A stretch of DNA of 64,000 bases from Eledone cirrhosa (Eukaryota). Numbering within the stretch: position 1 is the stretch's first letter; every line of letters starts with the position of its first letter. The stretch covers positions 77,500,001 through 77,564,000 of the forward strand of contig OZ024746.1 in the NCBI GenBank assembly GCA_964016885.1. Reading direction: 5' to 3'. Of the stretch, positions 24,543 to 36,430 are shown one piece after another. A model generated the notes under the pieces. The model worked only from the letters and a program-made list of their open reading frames with translations, was not told the origin of the DNA and did no database searches. The position numbers and the translations under genes are program-made.

Positions 24543-27308
24543 TAGATTTTATCCTCATTAGAGGACGCGACAGATGGACGGGTCAGATAGATTTTATCCT
24601 CATCAGAGGACGTGACAGATGGATGGTCGTAAACACAAAAGTCTTCCCTAGTGAGGAATGTACCTCCCAACATAGCTTAGTTGTCAGCGACCTCATGGTT
24701 AGAACTAGATGAACCTGGAAACAGAGGCCAACCTGGAGAAGAAAGATCTGGAAGCTGAAAGACCCCTCGGCCAGTAACAGATTTAAAGATATTTTACTCA
24801 TCGCCTACGACAATAAAGAAGAACAGATAGAGACATTCAATGTAGAAGAGCACTGGGAGTTCCTAAAAAATAACTTACTAGAGGCCACGGATGAGATCTG
24901 TGGCTGGAGTAAGACCACAAGAAGGAGGAGAGTGACTTGGTGGTGGAACAATAAGGTAGATGAGGCAGTTAAGGCCAAGAGACAGGCATGGAAAGAATGG
25001 AAGAATGGGGGAAGCAGGGTACATTACATAGAGACCAAGAGGGAAGCTAGGCGACAAGTATACTTAGCTAGGAGGGAAGCAGAGGATAGAAAATTCAAGC
25101 ATGTTTTGCAACGTGAGGACCAGAAACAGGAGGTGTTCAAGATTGCGAGGCAGTGTGTCAGAGAGAATTGTGATGTCATTGGAGAGAAGTGTATCCGGAA
25201 TGATAAAGATGAGCCTGCCCTCACAAGTGCTGAGAAGAAAGATGCATGGAAGAGCCATTATGATAGATTACTAAATAAGGAGAATGCATGGGAAGAAGAG
25301 ACCCTACCTCAAGTAGACCCTATAGAGGGGCCAGCAGTACAAGTCAGCAGCAGCGTAGTAAGTAAGGCAATCAAAGATATGAAGATGGGGAAGGCAACCG
25401 GTCCATCGGGTATAGCTGCCGAGATGCTGAAGGCATCTTGGTCTGTAGGTCACACTATAACCACACGTATTGTTAACCAGGTAATACTAGAAGGTGTCTT
25501 ACCAAAAGATTGGTGCAGTAGCATCATTGTCAACTGCTACAAAGGTAAAGGTGAGGCACTAGATAGAGGAAACTATAGAGGTATAAAGCTGATGGACCAG
25601 GTCATGAAAGTAACAGAAAGAGTTATAGCACAGTTGATTAGGGACCGGGTGAAACTAGATGAGATGCAATTTGGGTTTGTACCAGGAAGAGGCACCACTG
25701 ATGCCCTCTTCCTTGTGAGGCAGTTACAGGAAAAGTATCTAGCTAAAAGTAAGCCACTCTACCTGGCATTCGTCGATCTCGAGAAAGCCTTTGACAGAGT
25801 TCCACGTGCTATAATCTGGTGGGCTCTTAGAAAACTAGGAGTAGATGAATGGCTTGTGAAAGCTGTACAAGCCATGTATAGGGGAGCAGTCAGCAAAGTT
25901 AGGATTAGCAATGAGTATAGCGAGGAATTTAGCGTACAAGTTGGTGTCCACCAGGGCTCTGTTCTTAGCCCTCTCCTGTTCATCATAGTCCTGCAGGCAA
26001 TAAAGGAGGAGTTTAAGACTGGATGCCCATGGGAACTCCTGTACGCAGATGACCTTGCACTTATAGCTGAATCTATGGTAGAACTAGAGAAGAAATTCCA
26101 AACTTGGAAGCAGGGACTAGAAAGAAAGGGTTTCAAAGTCAACATGACAAAGACTAAGGTCCTTGTAAGTAGACGAGAAAACAGAACCCAGATCCCCTCA
26201 GGGAAATGGCCTTGCTCAGTATGTAGGAAAGGTGTAGGTAGGAACTCCATTCTCTGCCCCAAATGCAAACAATGGGTACACAAGAGATGTAGCGGGATCT
26301 CAGGAAGCTTAATTAAGAATGTAGGCTTCACATGTAGCAACTGTGCTGGGACAGCAAGCAGTAAACAGCCACAGGAAACAAGTACCACCAATCTCTGGGA
26401 GGGCTTTGTAGAAACAATAGACAGCTTCTGCTACCTAGGTGACCGAAGTAGCAGCGGAGGTGGGTGTTCAGAAAGTACAATAACTAGGGTAAGAATGGGA
26501 TGGAAGAAGTTCAGGGAATTACTGTCACTGCTAGCTGCAAAAGGCTTCTCCCTCAAAATGAAAGGCAGACTGTATGATGCGTGTATCCGAACAGCAATGT
26601 TACATGGTAGTGAGACCTGGGCGCTGAAGGTGGAAGACTTGCGTAGATTAGAAAGAAACGAAGCCTGCATGCTCCGATGGATGTGTAATAGTAATATACG
26701 CGAACGGCAAAGCATAAATGAATTGAGAGAGAGACTGAGCATAAGAGGAATCAAATGCTGTGTGCAGGAGAAGCAGTTGCATTGGTGTGGACATGTGATG
26801 CGTATGAAGGATGACAGCTGCATAAAAAGGTGCAGAGCACTAGAAGTCAATGGATACCGCGGAGTGGGGAGACCCAAGAAAACCTGGGATGAGGTGATAA
26901 AAGCTGACCTTACCCAATTACACCTCTCAAAGGCGATGACACACGACCGTGACCTCTGGCGTCACGCAGTAATACAGAGTACCCGACCTCCCATGGGTAC
27001 AAGCTGAAGCATATAGACAATATGCCCCACACCTTCCCACTGCAAAATGGTCATGGAGGTGCCACAGCAAAAAAGCATCCAGCCCATACTGTAAAGTGGA
27101 CGTGTAGGCGCCACGGAAAAAAGCACCCAGCACTCACTGTAAATGAGGTTGGTGTTAGGAAGGGCATCCAGCTGTAGAAATCAAGCCAAAATCAGTTTCT
27201 GTATGAGGAAGGCATGGTCAGCCGACCAGACACTGCCCACAACAGGACAACCCGTCTAACCCATGCTAGCGTGGAAGAACGGACGTAAAACGGTGATGAT
27301 GATGATGA
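24543..27308 (+). mobile_element. 5'-truncated RTE-clade non-LTR retrotransposon
   Basis: End of APE endonuclease (QIDFILIR...SQHSLVVSDL from 24581, in frame, one TGA at ~24710), TWWWN linker, RT, GRPKKTW C-terminus, ~300-bp 3' UTR, (GAT)n tail. Confidence 0.95.
24932..27007 (+). CDS. RTE LINE reverse transcriptase ORF (N-terminally truncated) with embedded PHD-type zinc finger
   Basis: NYRGIKL, QFGFVPGRGTTD, FVDLEKAFD, GVHQGSVLSP, YADD, FCYLG, MLHGSETW motifs; 691 codons uninterrupted; C4HC3 at 26213-26344. Confidence 0.93.
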   Translation: MTWWWNNKVDEAVKAKRQAWKEWKNGGSRVHYIETKREARRQVYLARREAEDRKFKHVLQREDQKQEVFKIARQCVRENCDVIGEKCIRNDKDEPALTSAEKKDAWKSHYDRLLNKENAWEEETLPQVDPIEGPAVQVSSSVVSKAIKDMKMGKATGPSGIAAEMLKASWSVGHTITTRIVNQVILEGVLPKDWCSSIIVNCYKGKGEALDRGNYRGIKLMDQVMKVTERVIAQLIRDRVKLDEMQFGFVPGRGTTDALFLVRQLQEKYLAKSKPLYLAFVDLEKAFDRVPRAIIWWALRKLGVDEWLVKAVQAMYRGAVSKVRISNEYSEEFSVQVGVHQGSVLSPLLFIIVLQAIKEEFKTGCPWELLYADDLALIAESMVELEKKFQTWKQGLERKGFKVNMTKTKVLVSRRENRTQIPSGKWPCSVCRKGVGRNSILCPKCKQWVHKRCSGISGSLIKNVGFTCSNCAGTASSKQPQETSTTNLWEGFVETIDSFCYLGDRSSSGGGCSESTITRVRMGWKKFRELLSLLAAKGFSLKMKGRLYDACIRTAMLHGSETWALKVEDLRRLERNEACMLRWMCNSNIRERQSINELRERLSIRGIKCCVQEKQLHWCGHVMRMKDDSCIKRCRALEVNGYRGVGRPKKTWDEVIKADLTQLHLSKAMTHDRDLWRHAVIQSTRPPMGTS

Positions 27309-27621
27309 ATTAATATGACATGATAAAATATACTTTGTAAACTCTGTAAATTAGTTGGTGTTAGGAAAAACATCCAACCTTATAAACCATGCCTGAGAAG
27401 TAGGTAATAGATGTTGAGAATTGAGAAAAATTAACAGCAATATCTTGTGAAAAAAAGGAAACAATAAGAAGAAATAAGGGGAGGGGGTAATGTAAATAAA
27501 AGGAGTCAAAAGTTTGACTGGATCAAGGAGACAATGTTTTCTCTGCTGATTCAAACTATTGGTCACAACTACTGGCAGAAAGAGATGTAATTTGAACTCA
27601 GAACTGGAGAACTCAGCTTAA

Positions 27622-28070
27622 CCCTTTTCATACCAACCCGCTCAAAACTGCCTTTGGTTCTATGAAATGAAATCTCCCATATTAACCCTTTAGCATTTAC
27701 ATTACTCTATATATACTATTGTATTTATGTGGTAAAGGCTTTACCTCACGTAATTATCTCACATAATTTCAAATCTATGAAATTTTGATATTATTTATTT
27801 TGAGAACAATACCTTAACGTCAGTATGAGCAGCTAGTTACACCTGGTTTGAAAAGAAAGAGGTGAGAGAATTCTGGCCAGATACAGCCAGTTTAAATGGT
27901 AAAGGGTTAAAATATTGCAACATAATTTGATAGGATCTTTTGTTAAGTCATGTATGTTACAAATATTATCTTAATATTAAAATAATTGATAACTTTAGTA
28001 AATCCCTGCAAAATGTTCATTAATTAATTCAAGTATAGTGTACCTCGTTAGACATATGGTAATGAAAGGG
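27622..28070. mobile_element. TTAA-flanked piggyBac-type MITE (family P2) containing a nested P1 MITE
   Basis: ttaa|cccttttcatacca ... tggtaatgaaaggg|ttaa; related ends near 1640-1660, 24305-24325, 50825-51170 and 62300. Confidence 0.72.
27686..27906. mobile_element. piggyBac-type MITE family P1 (~220 bp)
   Basis: TTAA TSD on both sides; TIR ccctttagcattt / aaatggtaaaggg; several further copies in the window. Confidence 0.88.
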
Positions 28071-28364
28071 TTAAAGCTATGATGTATAAAACAAGCTGTG
28101 TAAATAAGACTAGTAAAGAGAAGTGCAGGACCGTTGGGTTTGGTTCACACATGGCTTAAGACTTCTCTATCTGAATTATCTCATTGGAATTTGGAATTTG
28201 TTCTTTTGGTTTGTTTCTGAATGAGCAGCAGCAGCAGTAGTATTGTTAGTGTTGCAAAAATAATAATAAATAAATAAATAAAATAAAAGCAGCTACGTAA
28301 AAGCATTCCTGTAACAAAAGAGATGTCTTCATAACAGGTTGGTCCTTTCCCAGGAAAGGCAGGG

Positions 28365-28410
<46 letters not shown>

Positions 28411-29060
28411 CAAAGCAGAGATAAAAAAAAAAAAAAATTATTTGTTTACTGGACTAATTGTACTTAATATTTTCGAATGTGTAGATTCAAGGAACCTTCT
28501 ATATTGTCATTTAAAGAAGGAAAAAAAAAATGTTTTTTCTTCATTCTATATATTATTAAAAAAATACAACTCTTTATTGTCTGTGGCATTTGAAGTAGCT
28601 TTTAGGTGCTATTTTCTTACAGAGAATAATATTATATATAAAAAAAAAAAAGCTCTATTTTTCTTTTTTGCATGCCTCTTGTCATGTTTTAAGGTAGTTT
28701 AGCCGGATTTCCAGGTAGTTCTTAGGTCATTCCATTCGTGGAAAATATTTCTCTCTCTAGCGTCTGTGTGGGTGTATGGATGGAAAAAAAATCTTAACAA
28801 AGCTCTTTAAGAGTCTACACGCTTCTGTATGTTGTTGCCTTGTTGTTGTTGTATTTATTTATTTATTTATTTTTTTTTTTTTGCCTCCTCCTGTACTCCT
28901 TTTGTTGGTCAAATACATACCACTCAATGAATTTCACTTGGAGTTAAGAGGCTCACCCCCCTTCACATCCCACCACCACCACAACCACCACCTTTTTTTA
29001 CACCCCCCCCCCCCTCCACACACATTTTCCTTTTCTGTTGTGTTGATCATCATCTAGGCA

Positions 29061-29109
<49 letters not shown>

Positions 29110-29209
29110 ATTTACCTATCTAGATGTATTTAGCATTAATGTACCAGATTTGTGATGGTGGACTTTTAATCAGGAAGGGCTTCATGGAAAACACACCCAA
29201 GACATTTTC

Positions 29210-30030
29210 AGTATAACCCCCCCCCCCTCTCTCTGCTCCCTCACCATTCTCCCTATCATTCTTTGGTTCGCCTTTCTCTTCACCTTCCACATACTACTTC
29301 GAATCTACCTATCATTCTCTCCTCACTCTCTCCCTCTCTCCTCACTCCCTCCCTCTCTCCTCACTATCTCCCTCTTCCTCACTCCCTCCCACACTCCTTC
29401 CCTCCTCCCTCTCACTCTTCCACTCCTTCCTCTCCTTTCCTCCCTCCCTCTCACTCTTCCACTCCTTCCTCTCCTTTCCTCCCTTTCTTCCTTCTAACCC
29501 CCCTCGTCCCTCACTTGCTCATCGCGTCCCCTCTCTCATCGTCGTCCTCTCCCCATCTCTCTACCTCTTCTCTCTCCTCATTTTCCTTTCCTCACACTCT
29601 CCTTCATCCTCTCTCTGACTCCCCTCATCTCCATCCCCTACTCCTCATTCTTCTCTCCCTCCTTTTCCTCATCTTTCTTTCCTTGCCCTCTCCTTCATCC
29701 TCTCACCCCTTTGTCCCCTCTCTTCACCTCGTCCTCTCTCTCTACTTCCCTTCCTCTCTCTCATCTTGCCTCCCCTTCCTCTCTCTCATCTCGTCCTCTC
29801 TCTCCTCCCCGTCCTCTCTCTCCTCCCCGTCCTCTCTCTCCTCCCCGTCCTCTCTCTCCTCCCCGTCCTCTCTCTCCTCCCCGTCCTCTCTCTCCTCCCC
29901 GTCCTCTCTCTCCTCTCGCCTCTCTCCCCTCGTCCTCTCTATCCTCTCCTTGTCTTCTGTCCCTGTCCCTTCCTCATGTCCTTCTCCTCCTCCTATCTCC
30001 CTCCCCCACTCCTCACACTCCTCTCATGTT
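29210..30030. repeat. Polypyrimidine (CT-rich) low-complexity tract with an 18-bp tandem unit
   Basis: cgtcctctctctcctccc repeated about 6 times at 29791-29915. Confidence 0.9.
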
Positions 30031-30414
30031 TAGCTTTACTGTGATTTATTGCTAATGTCACATTGGTGTGCTTTTATGGTTTTCTTTGGGGCTCTTATTT
30101 ATGTGTATTTATTATTATTATTATTACACTGTTACTGTTGCTCTTTAAAATTTACATCATGGGAAATTTTCTTGTTGGTCATATTTTTCTTTTTTTTTCA
30201 ATTGCTTCTGTTATTTTTTTGTTCTTTTCTTTGTTTTTTTTTATTTTTATTTTGGAAAATATTTTCTATTTGGAAAAAATATATTTTTTTTTTTAGAATT
30301 TTTTTTTTGTTTTTAATTTCGCATTTGTCAAAACTTTCAGAAAAATAGACACTTGTAACAACAGCAACAACGGTAATAAATAATGATGATAATAATAACG
30401 ATAATAATAATAAT

Positions 30415-33400
30415 GATTTCTTTATTGGCCACAAGGGCTGACATCAAGAAAAACATTACAGACGGCACAGGATGGTACAGGACGGTACGATATGGGTTTT
30501 GTGCGTGTAAATATTTTTATTATTTATATAAGAAAAGAAAAAAAAAAGACATAGAAACATATATATATATATAAACAATAAAAATGAAAATTGAAACAAT
30601 GAAAAATTCCCCAATAGGGGGGAAACCTCCGAGGGTTACTCGTGGCGAAAACCACACAAAAGACCACGGCCACCCTGACCACCAGGGCAAGTGCCCTCTC
30701 ACAATTTTTCCATTTCTCAAACTACAGACGTATATTCAGAGCGGTCCCGTTCACTCGGACCATTCTCGCTACATTCACCCACCTTTCAACAAATTTGCTA
30801 GAAGGCAGCACTTGCCTCTCCACCCTGATTTTCCTCTTCAAGTGAAACTTGAAAAAGTTAATTAGGGATTCGCCGAAGAGGAAAGTCTGTCTTTAACCCT
30901 TTTAACCTTGTCCACCACACAATCTCTTTCGCCATGGCCACCAGGCAGATGAAAACCGCCTGCCCTTCCTCCTTGAAGGAAGACGGCGAGATCATCTGCA
31001 CAATGAACTCAGTCGATAACCGGATCAATCCTACACGCGACAGCAACTGTTCGACATCGCTCCACAAGTCAGCAATGCTCGGGCACCGAACGAGTGCGTG
31101 CACAACGGTTTCATCGCTCTGCGCGCATCTCGAACCGGCAGTGCTCCCCGGTAGCACTGCCAGGCCAGGGATTTTGGGAAGTTATCCATAGGCCCCGGGC
31201 TGAACGTTCTCCGGAAGAGAGCAAACAGCTGATCTTCTTCGACGCCCAGGATCTCTCCGAGAATGTCGTCGCTCTTCCCCTCCACTAGTCCTCTATAGAA
31301 CGCCGAGGTGGATGTTCCACCGATACTGGTGCCCAGAGGGCAGTGAGCGCCTGGAGACATTCTAGTTTCCAAGCGCTATCCCTCGGTCTTTTTCTGACCC
31401 AGGACTGCAGCTCCGTCAAGGAGACGAGCTGTGGGAAAACGTGCCTGGCGAACAGCGACCACACCTGTTCACCATCAAGGAAGCACCAGAGATGTTGCAG
31501 CCTCAGCGCATGTTTGCGCATCATCAGCCATGGCATGCCCAGTCCTCCATGCAATGGGTGTTGACAGCAGATGGATCATCTGACCATGGGAGCGCGTCCC
31601 TTCAACAAAAAGCGGAAGAGGAGGCGCTCCATTTTGGTGAGAGTTGGACTGGAGCAAGGGATGACGGTGAGGCGGTAGCAGATGACGGATGCGATGTACG
31701 CATTCGCTACCTCCGCCCGGCCTTTCAGGGACAGCTTCCTCTCGGCCCATTTCTGGGTGAGGGAGGCCACCCTGCTCGTCACCTCGTTCCAGTTTTTCTC
31801 CATCTGGGGGTCCGGTCCGAACCAGACCCCAAGCATTTTAACCGGTCTGTCCGTCCAACGCCCCACAACGCTGTCGGACGGCATGGACTTGCCTCTCCAG
31901 GTGCCGAGTTGCAAGCCCACCGACTTTTCCTGGTTTATCTTTGCTCCTGTCACCGCTTCGTATTCCATGAGAGCGGTGCCGAGCATCTGGACATGTCTGG
32001 TGCTCGACACCACTACGGTGACGTCGTCAGCGTAAGCCGACTCGGATCTCCCGCATCCTAGTTCGCGTGGGACGCCCCTCATTGTCCCCAGTTTGTGCAG
32101 TAACGGCTCGAGAGCCAATACGTACAAGAGGGACGAGAGGGGACAACCCTGGCGGTCTGAGCGCATGATGCTGAACGGCTGCGACAGGTGACCGTTCACC
32201 CTCACAACTGAGCAGATGTCGCTGTACATTGCTGCGATCCAACCCCTGAAAACGGGCTCGAAACCGGCTGCCTCGAGGACCGCCGCCAGGTACCGATGGT
32301 CGACCCTATCGAATGCTTTGGATTGATCTAAGTTGATCAGGGCCCCACCCTTGCCAGGTTCCTTAACCACCCTCTCTATGACGTATCACATGAGGTGGAG
32401 GTTGTCGTGTATGGATCTGTCCGGAATGGCGCATGTCTGCATCTCTCCCACCAGACCCTTGACGACAAGCGCCAACCTCGTTGCTAATACCTTGGACAAA
32501 ATCTTGAACTCTGCGTTTAGCAGGGTTATGGGCCTGAAATTATCGATAACATCCCCCTTGTTCGGGTCTTTTCTCAGCAGCGCCACTGCTCCCCGGCATA
32601 CAAAACTGGGAATGCTCCCGTTCTGCTGCCAGTTGCAGTAGACGTCTGCCAAGAGGTCACCGAACAAGTCTGGCATAAATGCATAAAGCTCGTATGGCAG
32701 ACCATCCAAACCTGGCGATTTACCCCTCGTGCAGTTAGCCATCGCTTCCCGTATTTCACCGGCTGTTATTGGCTTTTCTCAACACTGTGCTGCGGACGTC
32801 GAGAGCCGAGGCAGTCCATTGAGGTATGCACTGAAGTCCATGCCCCGATCCGGGCCGCCGCCGCTCCCGAACAGTTCAGCAAAGTGCTGCTGAAAAGCTT
32901 CACACATCCGCTCGGGTTCGAGCATCACGCACCCGTTTTGGTCAGACAAAGACCGAATTGTGGCTTTGTTGCCACGTCGCGCCTCTGCCACCCGGGCCCA
33001 TTGGACGGCTTTTGTCCCTTCGTATTTCAGAGCACGCGCTCTAGCTCTGACAACGCAGCCTTTGTATTTTGCGTTGAAGAATTGGTCAAGTGCCAATCTC
33101 GCCGCAAGCACGTCGGTTGCGATGCCTGTCCTAAACGCCTCTTCTAGCTTTCTGACTAGCTCTCCCTCTACTCTATTTTCCTCTATCAATACTCCTTTGC
33201 TAAACCTAATCAACTCTACATTAATTGCCCTTTCCAGGGCGAACCGCCACCTGTTGTTGACGACTGCTCCCGTCAATGCCCGCTTAACTAATACGCTAAT
33301 CCGGTCTCTGTAGGCTTTGCGCGCCGGGAAAGACGCGTTCAGCTTCCAGTAACCGGGCCCTTGTCTATGAAGTCTGTCTATGTCGATCTCACAGATCACA

Positions 33401-34719
33401 AATTTGTGGTCTGTGTAGTCGACTATTTTAAATTGTGGACAACTTATACTAGCCTTATCTAGTTCTCTGCAGAATACCCTATCTAGATACGATCTGGATG
33501 ACCCGATGCGGTTTGTCCATGTCCACATTGGCACATTCGGGTGATCCAGTTGATACCTGTCAGACAGTTCAAAACGTCTGAGCAGGTTGGTGAGGCTCTT
33601 GCACCCTCCTCCCCTATCCACCAGCCCCACACAATCCCAGCGTGCATCCAAGATACCATTCCAGTCGCCCACTAACACTAAAGAGCGGGACGTTCCAAGA
33701 AAGGTCTCTAGATGTCTGAAGAAATCTGGCCATACTGCCCCTGTTGAGGCGTAGACGGCTACTAGCCTGAAAGCATTGCCTTCGCTGCCGGTCACGTCCA
33801 GCACCACCGACTTACCTTCTGGGTCTAGGAAGATGGCCCGTATCGCGAGATCCAAGCCTCTCCGAAAAAGGACGGCAACCCTCTCCCCGATCCTGGACGG
33901 CTGGGAGATGCGTATACATCGTAGCCGCTGAAGATCAGTGCGAAGGCTTGTGCTTCGGAGATTCTGGTTTCACTGATGGCTACCACATCTATGTTTAGTG
34001 ACCTGAGGTCGTTGAGCAGGTGACCCTGCTTCCAAAATGACCCTAGGCCACATGCATTTATACTGCCTATTCTGAGTACGGCCATGTTGGATGAGAAACG
34101 GGGCAAGTGAGAAAGGGTCACTTACCTTGATCGTGTGGTGAAGGGACAGTAGAACCGTCCCTTTTGCTGGTCATGGGTCTTTCCAAGAGGATGTCAGTGT
34201 ATATCCTCTTGGTAACCGACCCTCTGAAGTCTCCAACTGCGTTGGGGAATTTTTGTTTTAAAGGTTTGTACTGTTCTATTGAAATTTCAATGATGCTTAT
34301 GTTTGTCGGGAGAGTTCTTGGTGTTGGTGGGGTGTAGTAGTTTTTTTTCTGTGATGTCTGTGTGCTGCTTTATATATTGTATGAGTTCTTTTTTTGCCAT
34401 GTTTATGGCTGTGTACTTTTTTTGGCGAGGGGTGATTTTGTTGCTGTTTGGTGTGTGTGTGTCTTGTTGTGTTTGCGTTGTTGGTGTTTTTGGTGATGCT
34501 GGTGGTGGTGTGGTTGTTGTTGTCAGTGGTGCTTGTGGTGGTGATCGTGGTGGTGTTGCTGCAAGTTTCTTTGCTGCGTTTACCCCTCTTTGTATGCCTT
34601 CGCTTTTGGAGGGTGAATCTATGGGTTTTTTTTGTTTTTTTTTTGTTTTTGTGGCAGACTGTTTGCCACTTCACTCCCGCCTCAAACTCCATGTCGGATT
34701 CTGTGGCGTCTGGGAGGGG
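30415..34719 (-). mobile_element. L1/Tx1-clade non-LTR retrotransposon, 5'-truncated within ORF1
   Basis: Basic/Thr-rich ORF1 remnant (34130-34719), ORF2 from ATG at 34085, 3' UTR ending gcccttgtggccaataaagaaatc + (ATT)n. Confidence 0.93.
30690..34085 (-). pseudogene. Disrupted L1/Tx1 ORF2: APE endonuclease, RT and C-terminal zinc knuckle (zf-RVT-like)
   Basis: INACGL, ISETR, VGDWN, YLDRVF, TDHK, GYWKLN, KSPGLDG, FRPITLLN, DQSKAFDRVDH, RQGCPLS, YADD, CSRC-like...HALVRC; three in-frame TGA stops (32779, 32386, 31576) and at least 3 frameshifts. Confidence 0.93.
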
Positions 34720-34780
34720 ATAATAATTTTTTATATATCATAATGATATTAGTAATAATAATATTGAGTATAATAATAGT

Positions 34781-35378
34781 GGTTTCTAATTTTGGTACAT
34801 GGCTAGCAATTTTGAGGGTGAGTAAAAGATGATTATGTCAACCCCAGTAGTTTACTGGTACTTTATTTTATTGAATGCCCCCTTACCACACCCACACACA
34901 CTGAAGGATTAAAGGTAAAGTTTGCCTATGTGAATTTGAACTCGGAATGTTTAAAAGAGCAGGGACAAACACTGCAAAGTGTTTTGTCAGACACCCTAAT
35001 GACTCTGCTAAATAACGATTTCTGATTTAGGCACAGGGCAACAATTTCAGGGGAGGGTAAAGTCGATTAAATTGACCCCATTGCGTTACTGGTACTTTAT
35101 TTTAGTTTATCGGTCCTGTAATGATGAAAGACAAAGTTAACCTCGGCAGGATTTGAACTCAGAATGTAAAGGAATGTAACTATATGCCACAAAGCATGAA
35201 TGATAATAATAATAATGGTTTCATATTTAGGCACAAGGACAGCAATTTGGGAGGAGAGGGGGTCGATTAAATCAACCCTCAGTGCGTTACTGGTGCTTTA
35301 TTGTATCGACCCTGTAAGGATGAAAAGGTAAAGCTAACCTCAGCAGGATTTGAACTCAGAACACCAAGGGCTGTAACA
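34781..35378 (-). mobile_element. Three tandem head-to-tail SINE family A copies
   Basis: Tail-core-B-box repeated at ~34781-35010, 35015-35200 and 35216-35378, separated by short (AAT)n. Confidence 0.85.
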
Positions 35379-35826
35379 ATAAAACAAAAAATGATAACAA
35401 CATGAACAAAGATAGTAAAGTGGTTGATCTGTTCAGAAACAAAGATAGAAATATTATATTCTTTCTTTAAAAAAATAAAAAAATGAAAAATAAGAACAAT
35501 ATTGATGAAGACAACAACAACAATAATAATAGTAATAACAGCAATAATAATAATGATAAAACTTGTGTGGGTGATCTGTTCAGAAAGAAAAGAATTAAAA
35601 TATTTTATTACAGATTTTTTCTCTCTCTTAAAAACAATGACAGTAAAATACTATTGAATAATAATCTATGGCAAATTCAAATGCACTGAGCTTTGTTGTA
35701 TTGTGTTTTTTTTTTTTTTATATCTATTCATTTATTTTATTGTTGGTCTTAATGTTTTATTTGTGATGATTCTATTGTTGTCAGATCTGAGAACACATAT
35801 TGGGTGATATCCTGTTTATGTATATA

Positions 35827-36348
35827 CAGGGTGATTGAAAAGTAACTCCCTCTTTTTTAAATTCTTATAATTTATTTCTTAACTATAACTTTTACAAGAA
35901 ATGAATATGAGAAGAAAGCGTATAGCATGGAGTTTTATTTCCAATTCGCTATGGGCACCAGCATTTGCCACCAGCTTCTCAAGCCACTCAGGAACTGAAT
36001 CAACTGATTTCACCAGGAACTCTTGAGGGATGGAAGACATAACTTCTCGTATTTGTCGTTCAAGTTCTACCAAAGTCATTGGTTTGGTAGAGTAGACTTG
36101 CTCCTCTAACTGACCCCAAATAAAAAAAGTCGCAGGGTATTAAGTCAGGGCTTCTGGCTGGCCACTCATGTGGACCACGATGATCCACCCATCTCCCAGG
36201 GAAGGGGGCATTCAGCCATTCACGAACAATAATAGCAAAATCAAATCTTCAATATTCTCCCAAGTACTGATAAATGGCCAGATTTCATCTTGCAGCATGG
36301 TAAGGTACCTTTTGGCATTCAATAGGAAGTTGCTTTTCAATCACCCTG
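35827..36348 (-). mobile_element. Internally deleted Tc1/mariner transposon (rosa/DD41D-like)
   Basis: TA|cagggtgattgaaaagtaactccc ... ggaagttgcttttcaatcaccctg|TA; minus strand encodes RGPHEWPARSPDLIPCDF..WGQLEEQVYSTKPMTLVELERQIREVMSSIPQEFL. Confidence 0.92.
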
Positions 36349-36430
36349 TAGACAGGTTTCTTATGCGGATGCTTTTATGATAGATAGAATCGGAGAAATT
36401 ATTCTCATTCTGGCTTTGTAAATGTCTTAA

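Noticed and set aside
29263-30055. Ser/Pro/Leu-rich 256-aa ORF
   Set aside because: Polypyrimidine low-complexity tract in which stop codons are compositionally rare.
31343-33313. Plus-strand ORFs within the Tx1 element
   Set aside because: Antisense shadow frames of GC-rich ORF2.
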